Assembly: GCA_002269645.1 (NCBI GenBank)
Contig: NIVC01000704.1
Span: 246,996 to 310,995, forward strand
From: Macrostomum lignano
Taxonomy: Eukaryota
Direction: 5' to 3'
Length of the DNA stretch: 64,000 bases
The position numbers were made by a program, and so were the translations under genes. Numbering within the stretch: the first letter of the stretch is position 1; each line of letters begins with the position of its first letter. Below the pieces are notes generated by a model that saw nothing but the letters and a program-made list of their open reading frames with translations, searched no databases and had not been told where the DNA came from. Of the stretch, positions 37,380-50,567 are shown one piece after another.

Positions 37380-39844
37380 TTGGGGTAAAAAGTGAAATCA
37401 CATGCTGTATCGATTCTGTTGAGATGATATTAATTAAATTTATTTTGTTTCATGATACGGTAAAAATAATCTGGATTAGTTTCAAACTTAGAGAAATAAA
37501 ATCAAAATTACAGCACTGACAAGCATTAAAATTGAGCATGAAAATATATGAATTTGATGGCAAATAGAAAAATTATTGGTAATAAATTATTTCGACCATT
37601 AGCAAGAGAAAATTTCAGAAAAAGCAGTAGCTGTCATTTCCAAAGTGAAATTTGAAATTATAACTGAAATAGTTGATTTTATATTGCTACTACTATTAAT
37701 ACTTATTGCTATGATTCTTGTATTTAAGGAACCTATATCTGTAGTTACTGTCCAGGTAGTTAAATCAATGAATATTATAAATATTGATTAAACCTAAAAC
37801 AACCAATAATTTCATTCTAGAATATAAATGACGGAATAGCATTGCAAAATTAACATTTTTATTGTGTTTTTTTGTATTATTGCATGCATATTATACACAT
37901 AAAATTTCATTCAGTTCATATATAGTTGAACAATCTAAATAGTTTACATGTGATTTGCTAGGTTGCCCTGCATTAAAATAGTTCAACTTTAATAACTGTT
38001 GTAAAGAATAAAAGTATAGTCTAGTTTGGACAGATTGCTTGATCAATACATTTCTTTGGGAAGCCAGTCCAGTGAAGGTGGTGCGAAGCTGAAGCAAAAT
38101 ACAGCATTGTTTAATATGAGGGTTGAAAAAAGACTGTAAGTGTAGTTTTAGAGCAAAGAATTTTCTAATATATATTTTTTAATATAAAATATTACCGTAT
38201 TATTTATATGTTAATAAATTAGTAAATGTATGATTATTTTAGTAGACTAGGGACGTACTGATTTCAAATATTTTAAGAAGATATCCTCGTTGATTTAATT
38301 GTTGCTTGTGTAAACAATAGTTAGAAAAATTCAGGAAGGTTTATTAACTCGATTAGTCAAACTATTAGCATCTTAATTCTTTATTTACTACGACCATAAC
38401 TTAGTCCTTTTAAGTGTTGCAATTATCGAAGTATTGTTGTTATAACTAGGTTAAATAGTGGCTACTTATTCAAATTTAGCCTAAATTTCTTGAAATTTTA
38501 ATTATTCGTAAATATGCGTTTTACTTTTTATAAAGCAAACAAGCATTTTGCATGCAGTAAATCTGTTGCCAATTTAAGACTGGACGAGCATGGTTTTAAG
38601 ATAAATCACGGATGGTCAATGCTTGGCCGTAGATGTCTTCTCCACGGCGTTTGATTCTGACAGCTGCGCAATCATGTATACATACATACATGCTTTAAAA
38701 TCGGAGCGCTTTCAGCTCGTTGTACTTTGGCTTTAACAGTGCTATCGAGACACAAAGGAGCGATACCTGCGATCGTAATATTAAATAGGACTGCATATTA
38801 GCCTATGCTGTGAAGCAGAAATTGCAGAACTACATCACAAAGAAATTCGACGAACAGCCAAAGGCTTTAATTCGAACCAAATCGTATAGCTCGTAGCCCC
38901 ATTAGAAACCGGATGTAAATTAATTTGGATTCGCTTGCATGGCCGCTTCCATGGCTGCATGTTGCTCGCGTCTAGCCATAGTTGAATTCGGCACTGCATG
39001 GCCGATTTCGCTTTGGCAGACCCCAGGGAAACGGTTGTACATTTTACTCAGTCGTCGTATGCAGATGAAATGTACTTACCAGACACTATAAAACCAACAG
39101 ACGATTTTTAAAAACTAAATGTTACCAATATCGATCTCATTCGTGTTCTACCATGCAGCTATGATTATAGCCATCATTGAATGCTTAATCATTGAATCAT
39201 GTTTCACGCACAAGCAATTAGCGTGATGAGCAGTGCAGTGCAGCAGTGCATGCATTTTCATTGTTTGCACAAGGGCGAATTGTTTGCGCATGCAGTTCTT
39301 TCATCGTGACCGCGGGATATTTGCCAATAGCCATCGCGCATCCCCTTTGCTTGCACAGCGATTTCCAAACTTCTCCGATCCCATCATTTAAGGTTAGAAA
39401 ATTAAGTGAAATCCGGGGTGTGACCGGATTTTCAGTTTTGAGGCTACGAGAATCTCAGAATATATACTTATGTGAACTGAGGCCATGCCTTTGGCGCCAC
39501 ACGGTGGACACTTTTTTTACCACTTCGCACCGATTTTTTCATGTAGAGAATGTACTAATTACTACGATCGCGTATAGCAAAATTGCTGTTGATGTCATGC
39601 AGATTCAAACTGCCCCCAGCGTATACCAACTCAACAAGCCATTTGATTTCCTAATATGAAGATGGGTGGACGGGGAACGTGGGAGGCGACACGAAAAAGG
39701 CGCGACCCTAGCGGTGAAGCGAGTCGCACAGAAAAGGAAAAAGGACGAAAAGAAGTCGCAAAAAACCTTCATGTTCATCTTTTTTACCGGGCCTCTCAGA
39801 TCTCCGAGCTTGTTTATTTACTTCCTTAGAAATCAGGTTCTCCT

Positions 39845-40885
39845 CCATAGCGGTTAGATTCCCCGTAGCAGTTAGATTCCCCACCTTAGCGGTTAGATTC
39901 CCTCCTTAGCGGTTAGATTCCCTCCTTAGCGGTTAGATTCCCCACCTTAGCGGTTAGATTCCCCTACATACCAGTTAGATTCCCCTCCTTAGCGGTCAGA
40001 TTCCCCTCCTTAGCGGTTAGATTCCCCTCCTTAGCGGTTAGATTCCCCTACATACCAGTTAGATTCCCATCCTTAGCGGTTAGATTCCCCTCCATAGCGG
40101 TCAGATTCCCCTCCTTAGCGGTTAGATTCCCCTACATACCAGTTGGATTCCCCTCCATAGCGGTCAGATTCCCCTTCTTAGCGGTTTGATTCCCCTCCTT
40201 AGCGGTCAGATTCCCCTCCTTAGCGGTTAGATTCCCCTCCTTAGCGGTCAGATTCCCCTCCTTAGCGGTCAGATTCCCCTCCTTAGCGGTCAGATTTCCC
40301 TCCTTAGCGGTTAGATTCCCCTACATACCAGTTAGATTCCCCTCCTTAGCGGTTAGATTCCCCTCCTTAGCGGTCAAATTCCCCTCCTTAGCGATCAGAT
40401 TCCCCTCCTTAGCGGTCAGATTCCCCTCCTTAGCGGTCAGATTCCCCTCCTTAGCGGTCAGATTTCCCTCCTTAGCGGTTAGATTCCCCTACATACCAGT
40501 TAGATTCCCCTCCTTAGCGGTTAGATTCCCCTCCTTAGCGGTCAAATTCCCCTCCTTAGCGGTCAGATTCCCCTCCTTAGCGGTCAGATTCCCCTCCTTA
40601 TCGGTCAGATTCCCCTTCTTAGCGGTTAGATTCCCCTCCTTAGCGGATAGATTCCCTTCCTTAGAGGTCAAATTCCCCTCCTTAGCGGTCAGATTTTCCT
40701 TAGGGTCAGATTCCCCTCCTTAGCAGTCAGATTTTCCTTAGGGTCAGATTCCCCTCCTTAGCGGTCAGATTTTCCTTAGGGTCAAATTCCCCTCCTTAGC
40801 GGTCAGATTTTCCTTAGGGTCAGATTCCCCTCCTTAGCGGTCAGATGACCCTCCTTAGCGGTTAGATTCCCCATAGCGGTCAGAT
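39845..40885. repeat. 21-bp minisatellite (agcggtcagattcccctcctt)
   Basis: About 50 variant copies. Confidence 0.95.
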
Positions 40886-41398
40886 TTCTTACCTTCAAAA
40901 GTTTTATCAAGCGAAAATTTCTACCCGAAAAATGAGATTGAATTTCGAGACCGTGCCCGCCGCATCCTTTTTGCCCCCTCCCTCTGAACTCTAGCGGCAT
41001 TGTCACTGCGGGCTGTGCAGGCTCTCCCTTCTGCCACTTCGAGCGGAAATTTGACAAGCCACTCAGTTTTAAGCGCCCGCTAATCCCAGTCTGTCCCATA
41101 GGATTATCATCAATAGGAAAGAATCAGAGTGGATAAAGTCCAGTTGGAGATTGAGTACAAATTTTCCTGTTCCCATCATCATCGGATTGAAACTGCATGC
41201 TTTCGCACTTCACTGGGCAGCTGCACAGATCAGCAGCAATGATACTGCAGACCTATTTGCACTTTGTAAGAGCTGCTTCATAAATGCTGCTGCAGTTGCA
41301 GGGCCAGTTTAAACTGTGAGTTTATTGTGTGGCTGCACATCGCATGCCATGAATTTCTGACTGGCGCCACACTGACCCAGCGAATGCATTAGTTTGTT

Positions 41399-42015
41399 TT
41401 GGCGCCACACTGCCTCAGCTTGGTGCCACACTGCCTCAGCTTGGTGCCACACTGCCTCAGCTTGGCGCCACACTGCCTCAGCTTGGCGCCACACTGCCTC
41501 AGCTTGGCGCCACACTGCCTCAACTTGGCGCCACACTGCCTCAGCTTGGCGCCACACTGCCTCAACTTGGCGCCACACTGCCTCAGCTTGGCGCCACACT
41601 GCCTCAACTTGGCGCCACACTGCCTCAGCTTGGCGCCACACTGCCTCAACTTGGCGCCACACTGCCTCAGCTTGGCGCCATACTGCCTCAGCTTGGCGCC
41701 ACACTGCCTCAACTTGGCGCGACACTGCCTCAGCTTGGTGCCACACTGCCTCAGCTTGGCGCCACACTGCCTCAGCTTGGCGCCACACTGCCTCAACTTG
41801 GTGCCACACTGCCTCAACTTGGCGCCACACTGCCTCAGCTTGGCGCCACACTGCCTCAGCTTGGAGCCACACTGCCTCAGCTTGGCGCCACACTGCCTCA
41901 ACTTGGTGCCACCCTGCCTCAGCCAGTGTTTCTGTTAGCGCCACCCTGCCTCAGCCAGTGTTTCTGTTAGCGCCACCCTGCATCAGCCAGTGTTTCTGTT
42001 AGCACCACACTGCCT
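41399..42015. repeat. 21-bp minisatellite (cttggcgccacactgcctcag) with a ~32-bp variant tail
   Basis: Tandem copies just 3' of the neuropeptide gene. Confidence 0.95.
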
Positions 42016-42212
42016 CAAGTTTTTAAGCGCCAAAAAGAACCTGATTCAGATGAAATCAGATTATCAGCAGATCATAGCGAAGTAATTAAAACAAACTCAG
42101 AAATACAAATTGCCAAGAGGTATTCTCAGACTCAGAGATGTCAAGTCGCTGTGCATTTTATTGCTGCAGGGTAGGAACGACCTCAGCTGGCAAACAGCCA
42201 TCCCTCGCCCTG

Positions 42213-42497
42213 TCACCGCCTGTAGGCGTAGTCGAAGTCTCGGTAGTTCCTCAGCACGCTGTTCAGGTAGGCGTAGCCCTTCTTCCTCACCAGGAAGCCG
42301 TTGTCATAGTTACCGTCCTGGCCGCCGAGCATCGCCTCTTTCAGGTAGCGGTAGCCGCGCTTGTCCTCGACTGCCTTCGGAGCCGCTTTGCTGCCGTCCG
42401 CCTCGTCTCGGACAGCCGCGCCCAAGGCGGACGTGGCGGCAGCGGCCAGCGCCAGGAGGGCGCAGAGCATCAGGCCGGTGGTTGACGGAGTTCTCAT
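42213..42497 (-). CDS. Neuropeptide/secreted peptide precursor, 94 aa, with two GYxYL-starting peptides
   Basis: MRTPSTTGLMLCALLALAAAATSALG signal peptide, an acidic spacer, then KR-GYRYLKEAMLGGQDGNYDNGFLV-RKK-GYAYLNSVLRNYRDFDYAY-RR*. Confidence 0.8.
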   Translation of the reverse strand: MRTPSTTGLMLCALLALAAAATSALGAAVRDEADGSKAAPKAVEDKRGYRYLKEAMLGGQDGNYDNGFLVRKKGYAYLNSVLRNYRDFDYAYRR

Positions 42498-42940
42498 TGG
42501 CTGATCCGGCTTGGTGCTAAAATGGGTCAATTCCCAGGTGAAAGCAGCGAAATTTATTGCTTCTATTCGAACTACAAAAGCTGCTAATCCGCTAAGAACT
42601 CGGCGCAGATTTTCTGCTAATTGGCGCCCCGCATTAGCAGCGGCACGCCTGGCCAAATATGGAAATTCACTTTGTCTTGTGGAACAAGCTTCTTTTAGAG
42701 GCTTTCATAGCAGCTCAAATCTGCGTTGCTGCAAGTCTTTAGCTTCCGTAATCCAATTGTGCTCTTGTTTTTTTGTTTTCGGTGCCGAATACAATACAAA
42801 AGTACATCTATGTGAAAATAAACTCCCCTCCAGCAAGCCTGTTCGTCCATCGCTCATTTTACGTTAGCGAAGTGTTGTCCTCATGCAACTTGCCTTTACT
42901 TTCTCTGCTTCTCCTTCAAGTGCCTCTCTTTACTCTCCTC

Positions 42941-43330
42941 TCGTTCCTCTGCCTCTTGTTCCTCTGCCTCTCTTTCCTCTGCCTCTCGTTCCTCTGCCTC
43001 TCGTTCCTCTGCCTCTCGTTCCTCTGCCTCTCGTTCCTCTGCCTCTCGTTCCTCTGCCTCTCGTTCCTCTGCCTCTCGTTCCTCTGCCTCTCGTTCCTCT
43101 GCCTCTCGTTCCTCTGCCTCTCGTTCCTCTGCCTCTCGTTCCTCTGCCTCTCGTTCCTCTGCCTCTCTTTCCTCTGCCTCTCGTTCCTCTGCCTCTCGTT
43201 CCTCTGCCTCCCGTTCCTCTGCCTCTCGTTCCTCTGCCTCTCGTTCCTCTGCCTCTCGTTTCTCTGCCTCTCGTTCCTCTGCCTCTCGTTTCTCTGCCTC
43301 TCGTTCCTCTGCCTCTCGTTCCTCTCCCTC
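42941..43330. repeat. 15-bp minisatellite (cctctgcctctcgtt)
   Basis: About 26 copies. Confidence 0.95.
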
Positions 43331-43734
43331 TCTCTGGTATTCCCTATCATCACTTACTCCTCCCAGATACAAAGGAAAACTCACTTTCTAAAATCCAGCT
43401 CTTAACTAGCAGGTAGCAGAGCAATAGCTAAAAACTCAACTCCGCCGACTTACCTTTATTGTCTTACTATTCCAGAATTTGTCGAAGTATGGAGAGCCGA
43501 GAGCTGACCCGCTGGCAAAGTGCCGAGCCTCGATCTATTATCCAGTTGAGGCCGGCCGCGGTGGTTGGCCAGCGCTGTCCCTGTTATCGGCGACACACTT
43601 ATCCAATAGTCCGCTGTGTTTCTAAATTGTATTTAGATACTACTGATGGACTTGAGTAGTATCAAAAGCAAAAGTTACTTATTTAGTAACGATTAGTTCA
43701 ATTCAAGCATAGAATTGAGAAGCATTTCGCAGAG

Positions 43735-44066
43735 ATCTACGCAAATCTGCAACCAGCACAAGCACAGATCTGCAAGCGGCAAAAGCACAGATCTGCAACC
43801 AGCACAAGCACAGATCTGCAACCAGCACAAGCACAGATCTGCAACCAGCACAAGCACAGATCTGAAACCAGTACAAGCACAGATCTGCAACGAGCACAAG
43901 CACAGATCTGAAACCAGCACAAGCACAGATCTGCAACCAGCACAAGCACAGATCTGCAACCAGCACAAGCACAGATCTGCAACCAGCACAAGCACAGATC
44001 TGCAACCAGCACAAGCACAGATCTGCAACCAGCACAAGCACAGATCTGCAACCAGCACAAGCACAG
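43735..44066. repeat. 23-bp minisatellite (acagatctgcaaccagcacaagc)
   Basis: About 14 copies. Confidence 0.95.
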
Positions 44067-44810
44067 ACCCACAACACAAAAAGATCGTTACATTCAGCCC
44101 TGTGGATCCGCTGAGAACACGGGTTTCCAAGCCAGCCATCCAAAAACTCGTCACTTCTCTAAACAAAATCGCGAGACCCAGAAGTTATCGATTCGGCCCA
44201 GTCAAGGGCAGCACTAATTGGGCGCGATTGATAAGATGTAGCTGCATCCTCCTGATAATTTCAATAAATGCCACGGCAGCCCGGCAGGAGATGGAGAAAA
44301 AAACATGCAGGGCCCATTGTCAGGCGAGAATGAGGCCTGTGTTTGCCAAGTCGATTCAGGCTGCTGGGGCGGGAATTTCTTCATCCACTCGTTGCCAAGG
44401 AAGGATCGGGCTGGAGCAGAGCTAGACAATGAGAGCCTCGTGGACAAGGGGGACAAATGGGGACAAATTGGACAAATGGGTGGCAGTGTAAACTTTCCAC
44501 TCATTCCTTCATCATTGAGGCCCAGACTCTCTGGAAGCAGAAGACAAAGCCAGCCAGCAATTCAGGCAGCAAATGAAATAGTGAGGCCAGAGCAAACAGT
44601 TGGTTTCGAATCGGCCGCACTGCTTGCCTAGAGAGAGGCCAGGCCTGTTTAGACATGATACAATGCGCGCTGCCTGACATTCCGAGCTGAGTGCCGAAGT
44701 TCCTCTCAACTCGATGGAGCGGCTTTGGCAATCCAGCCTGATTAGAACTCTGCTGATCATAACCAGCAGCCCTTTATTCTCTCGCGTTCTAGCAGCTCAG
44801 CAATAAACGC

Positions 44811-44812
<2 letters not shown>

Positions 44813-44871
<59 letters not shown>
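44813..44871. repeat. (AG)n microsatellite
   Basis: Pure AG run. Confidence 0.98.
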
Positions 44872-44874
<3 letters not shown>

Positions 44875-44940
44875 TACATGCCTGACGATTAGAAAGTCAA
44901 GTCCTGCGAGTATTTTTTACCGGACTCCCTTATTCGAACT

Positions 44941-45600
44941 CCATTCATTCTTCCCTGTCCTCCCTTCATTCTTCACCATCCTCCCTTCATTCTTCACCAT
45001 CCTCTCTTCATTCTTCACCATCCTCCCTTCATTCTTCCCTGTGCTCCCTTCATTCTTCCCTGTGCTCCCTTCATTCTTCCCTGTGCTCCCTTCATTCTTC
45101 TCTGTGCTCCCTTCATTCTTCCCTGTGCTCCCTTCATTCTTCCCTGTCTTTCCTTCATTCTTCACTGTCCTCCCTTCATTCTTCCCTGTGCTCCCTTCAT
45201 TCTTCCCTGTGCTCCCTTCATTCTTCACCGTCCTCCCTTCATTCTTCCCTGTGCTTCCGTCATTCTTCCCTGCGCTCCCTTCATTCTTCTCTGTGCTCCC
45301 TTCATTCTTCACCATCCTCCCTTCATTCTTCACCATCCTCTCTTCATTCTTCACCATCTTCCCTTCATTCTTCACCATCCTCCCTTCATTCTTCCCTGTG
45401 CTTCCGTCATTCTTCCCTGTGCTCCCTTCATTCTTCTCTGTGCTCCCTTCATTCTTCACCATCCTTCCTTCATTCATCTCTGTGCTCCCTTTATTCTTCC
45501 CTGTGCTCCCTTCATTCTTCTCTGTGCTTCCTTCATTCTTCTCTGTGCTCCCTTCATTCTTCCCTGTGCTCCCTTCATTCTTCACCGTCCTCCCTTCATT
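44941..45600. repeat. 21-bp minisatellite (cccttcattcttccctgtgct)
   Basis: About 31 copies. Confidence 0.95.
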
Positions 45601-45829
45601 CTCATCCTCTCATTTTTCGCCCTCATAATTCGCTCCAAGACGAGCAGCAGTTCATCCTTCGCTAAGCAGCCGCATCAGCTGAGCAGCTGGAGGGCTGGAA
45701 CGGTGCGGTCCCAGTCAATATTTGCTGCTAAAACCTACCCGACAGTGACAGATTAGGTGGCGCCGAAGTTCGACTTCACATTTTTAGCAGAAGGAAAACT
45801 GAAAACCCGACGGACCCAACTGGCCTCTG

Positions 45830-46009
45830 ATTGGTCAGCAGAGGAGCCGACTGACGTCTCTAAAATTCCGCATAAAAGCTGAAATTGAGAGGCATTTCTG
45901 TCTCTCTCTTCTGCTCCGAAGAATTTGCTAAGAATCCCGAGAGTCAGGATCCCCGTCTTCTCAAGCAGCTCTGAAGAAATCGTAATTCTTGACGGGTTAA
46001 ACTTTCCTG
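45830..46009 (+). promoter_or_regulatory. Candidate promoter and 5' UTR exon of the PDF-like gene
   Basis: ATTGG at 45830-45834, TGACGTC at 45852-45858, CATAAAA at 45871-45877 and a strong donor G|GTAAGT at 46010. Motif-based only. Confidence 0.4.
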
Positions 46010-46349
46010 GTAAGTCTTTGAGACAGGAGGTCTTTTATTCGACTTTGCAAAGCACACACAGACGCGCCTGGGGGCTTGGGGCTTGGCACCTCGGGTAACA
46101 TTCACGAAGAAGAGCTTCAGCAACGAATTCTGCCAGCCAGAATTCCAATTACTCTTTCTTGGAAATGTTCGCTTTGACTGCACAAGCTGCGGGCATGCCG
46201 GTGCTCCACTGTTCAAAGTTCGGACAGACCGAATCAAAGATTTGCATTTGGAATCTGCGTGGCTTGTAGGTCGGAGGTGCTCTAGGGGTCGCATTAGTGA
46301 TGCTGCAATGGAAACAGGAGGGAGACAGCGAACCAGGAATAAAGTATAA

Positions 46350-46590
46350 GGGATATAGGATAAGGATATCGGATAATGGATATGGGATATTGGCTATGGG
46401 ATAAGGGATATGGGATAAGGGATATGGGATATTGGATATGGGATATGGGATATGGGATATGGGATATGGGATATGGGATATGGGATATGGGATATGGGAT
46501 AATGGATATGGGATTGGGGATCAGGAATATGGGATAAGAGATTCAAAATAGGGATAAAGGGATCGAAAATAGGGGTAGAGATAAGGGATA
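46350..46590. repeat. 7-bp (GGGATAT)n repeat
   Basis: Tandem, with degenerate flanks. Confidence 0.92.
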
Positions 46591-47003
46591 AGGAACGAGG
46601 GATATTTTAGACTTGGTATAATTGAGATGGAACAATGTGCAGACAAAATCTGGAAAAAGAAAAAAAGAAAAAAATCTGGAAGGCCTGTGGATCCGAAGTA
46701 GTAAAACTACAAGTGAAGGTCGATCCAGCTGCTCAGCCGATAGAGAAGATCAAAGAGAATCAAACAGTTGCCCCTTTCAGCGGATTCAATCAATTACCAT
46801 TGCTTCTGTTGGAAATGAGCTCCACTTCCCAAATTGCTTTTCTTTTGCATCTCCAAGTATCGATTAGGGGAGACTTGCTGAAGCTGGGCGGTGATGCAGA
46901 CTGGAACGATGGTGTTGTGTTTTGGTGCGATTGATCCTGACGCGATTCGAACTCGGAACCACGCTGAGCCACAGACCCCCAAATCCCCAATTCGAGATCG
47001 GCA

Positions 47004-47953
47004 ATGCTGAAGCCAACCTGCCGCTCGCTGCTGCTGCTGCTGCCGCTGGTTCTCGCTGCCGCGGCCGCGCCTTCAAAGTCCGTTGCCGAGGCCGAAGCCG
47101 CTCTGGCGCCCGAGTCCATGCCGGAGGCCGCCGAGGATGAAGCTGGCGCAGCTGCCGATGAGGCGTTTGCCGCCCCGACCCTGGATGATGAGGACAGGCG
47201 CATTAGCGTAAGATTTGTATGAAACATCTGCATCGCACCCATGAAAGAAAGAAAGAAATCGCAGCCATGCGCAGACCCGCCTACTAGCTAGTAGTGAATA
47301 TAGACACTGAGAAATCAATTGCAGACAGAGGATTTTTATCATACGAGTGGAACTCCTCCTTCGGAGGAGAAAGGGGAAGAACTCCTATCGCCAAAATTCC
47401 ATTCCCCGTAATTCATCAGCTGAAATCTCATGTCTTGAATCGCATCTTCCAAATCGTTTAGCGTGCCTGCGCTAGTGTTGGCGCGCTTGTATGAGTATGT
47501 GCTCACGGGGACTGAGCGGAATGAGCAGAATTGCCTCACCTCCCGTCTATCCTGCATATGAATTATTATTATTACAATAGAATGTATAATTATTTTAATG
47601 AGCCTTAGAAAAAATATCAGAATTTATTGTAAATCCTTTTGTTGAGCCAGCCGCTATATGCAATAGAAAATAGCAAACTGAAGCAAATTAATAATTACTG
47701 ATTAGCAAATGTTTCGCAAGAAGCATCGTTCTGCTGCTTGAAAAAATTCTCTCTATTCGCTACTCGAGAGTAGCACAGTAAGATCTTTACAACCTGAATG
47801 ATCAACGTCAGCTTCTCTCCCACTCTCCAGCAGCAGGAATGGGAACAGCTGCTGCGCCGCCTGCTGCAGCAGCACCTGGCCAGGAAGCGGCACTCAGGCA
47901 CAATGTCGATGAAGCAGATCCAGAATCTCTACCAGATGATGAAGGTCGGCTGA
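47004..47953 (+). CDS. Neuropeptide precursor, PDF/cerebrin-like; exons 47004-47207 and 47831-47953
   Basis: Signal MLKPTCRSLLLLLPLVLAAAA and an acidic pro-region; phase-0 intron GTAAGA..CTCCAG; exon 2 reads QQEWEQLLRRLLQQHLA-RKR-HSGTMSMKQIQNLYQMMKV-G*, predicting an amidated 19-mer. Confidence 0.78.
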
Positions 47954-48146
47954 TCGGCTTCGACAATCTATGAACAGATATTGAATAAACCGCTGTGAAA
48001 TGGTCGAACTCAAATGTTTGTGATTTAGGAAAATACACCAACAGAGCTCGGAACTTCCTCCGCTGTGTTCAGTGATCCTGACAAGGAAGAAGAATAAGCA
48101 AACAGTGCGTTGTGGGCTGCTGGCTGTCCGAATCTGCTTAATTCAG

Positions 48147-49000
48147 CATGATTCCAACACATGACCTACTGATTCCAACACATGACCTGCTGATTCCAAC
48201 ATATGACCTGCTGATTCCAACACATGACCTACTGATTCCAACGCATGACCTGCTGATTCCAACACATGACCTACTGATTCCAACACATGACCTGCTGATT
48301 CCAACACATGACCTACTGATTCCAACACATGACCTACTGATTCCAAACACATGACCTACTGATTCCAACACATGACCTACTGATTCCAACACATGACCTA
48401 CTGATTCCAACACATGACCTACTGATTCCAACACATGACCTGCTGATTCCAACACGTGACCTGCTGATTCCAACACATGACCTACTGATTCCAACACATG
48501 ACCTACTGATTCCAACACATGACCTACTGATTCCAAACACATGACCTACTGATTCCAACACATGACCTGCTGATTCCAACACATGACCTACTGATTCCAA
48601 CACATGACCTACTGATTCCAACGCATGACCTGCTGATTCCAACACATGACTTACTGATTCCAACACATGACCTGCTGATTCCAACACATGACCTACTGAT
48701 TCCAACACATGACCTACTGATTCCAACACATGACCTACTGATTCCAACACATGATCTGCTGATTCCAACACATGACATGCTGATTCCAACACATGACCTA
48801 CTGATTCCAACACATGACCTGCTGATTCCAACACGTGACCTACTGATTCCAACACATGACCTACTGATTCCAACACATGACCTACTGATTCCAACACATG
48901 ACCTACTGATTCCAACACATGATCTGCTGATTCCAACACGTGACCTGCTGATTCCAACACGTGACCTACTGATTCCAACACATGATCTAATAATTCCAAC
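48147..49000. repeat. 21-bp minisatellite (gattccaacacatgacctact)
   Basis: About 40 copies; same unit as 58370-58680. Confidence 0.95.
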
Positions 49001-49881
49001 ACTTAATATACAAAATACATGCATCCCAGAAAGAAAGATAATGAGACAAGATGCTGAGGAGTGAAATTTGAATCGGTGCAATCCAATCAGAAGAAAACTG
49101 CTGATGCAGCTATCAGAAACAGCAGTATATAATCGAAAGCTTCTGGAATGCAGCCATGACATGCAGAGCATCAGTAAAATCCGGCATCAACAAGTAAATC
49201 TGTGGTTAAAAAGTGGCACTCTTTCTTATTGACTTGCTTCAAAGCAAATAGTTCCAGTGAAACAGTTTTCAATAGCAGCATTCCGCAAATTACAGCAAGT
49301 ACTTTTAATTTAAGATTTAGATTAGAAACAAATAGTGACAACTTAGCAAGCCGAGTGTAAAGGTACATGTAGTTGTTTTGCTATAAAGAGTCATCAGTAA
49401 GTGCATTTTTGCACTTCAGGCCAACTTCAGGGGCCAGCTTCAGGTTGACAGCCTCAGTAGGCGGAACCGGACTTCATGATGCGGCCCTGGATGGTGCTGG
49501 GGGTCACTGGAATGCGGAAAAGTACACTTTATAAAATTATTATCGATATTTTAACTGTACAATATTAATAATAGGCATTTTTGAACTGATTACAAATAAT
49601 GTTTGATAATTGCGAAAGCCATAATTCAGGATTGTAATGTGATGTCTGATTATAACAGTTTTTATTGAGGGAGGGGGTGGCGGTGCTGATAAGAATGCAG
49701 CCTTGTCAGAAGGTTGTAAAGAGGGAGAAATGGAAAAATGTCACAGAGAGAGACGAAGCGAGAGATTGCGTGCACTAGAAAAGTGATGGGGTTTCTAAAG
49801 GACAAGAAAAAACACAATTTGCAAAGACACTTCTAAAAATATTCGCACTAGCAATGCATATTGAAATTTTGAAAATGCTTA

Positions 49882-50300
49882 CGTCACACTAGGTATGTCA
49901 CACTGGGTATGTCACTCTGGGTATGTCACACTGGGTATGTCACACTGGGTATGTCACTCTGGGTATGTCACACTGGGTATGTCACACTGGGTATGTCACT
50001 CTGGGTATGTCACACTGGGTATGTCACAATGGGTATGTCAAACTGGGTATGTCAACTTGGGTATGTCACACTAGGTATGTCACACTGGGTATATCACACT
50101 GGGTATGTCACACTGGGTATGTCACACTGGGTATGTCACACTAGGTATGTCACACTGGGTATGTCACACTGAGTATGTCACACTGGGTATGTCACACTGG
50201 GTATGTCACTCTGGGTATGTCACACTGGGTATGTCACACTCGGTATGTCACTCTGGGTATGTCAACTTGGGTATGTCACACTGGGTATGTCACACTGAGT
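49882..50300. repeat. 14-bp minisatellite (gtatgtcacactgg)
   Basis: About 30 copies. Confidence 0.95.
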
Positions 50301-50567
50301 ATACCCAATGGGTCAGGATACCTCATATTTTATCTATTTAAGCCCTACAGAAGTGTAGAAATCACAATCTCTATACTTAAGTATTGTCACATTACTGTTT
50401 CATAATTAACAAGCTCATGCATAGTAATGACGCGCGCTACAATGGACGAAGGAAAATAAAATTCCCAGGTAAAATCAGTGAGTACGCATTGGTGATTGGT
50501 GCTGAGTCGGATGCTGCACATAAAGCAGAGTAATATTTATGATGAAGCCAGCATTTTACCAGCGCAC

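Noticed and set aside
39489-39508. CTCF-like motif (CCACCGTGTGGCGCC on the minus strand)
   Set aside because: Two core mismatches, an isolated occurrence, and CTCF is reported lost in flatworms.
40680-40830. Telomere-like TTAGGG words (also considered: the GGGATAT run at 46350-46590)
   Set aside because: Single TTAGGG words inside 21-bp units, not tandem telomeric repeats.
45640-45690. Tiny minus-strand exon AQLMRLLSEG* resembling an amidated peptide end
   Set aside because: No upstream exon with a signal peptide or cleavage site could be linked to it.
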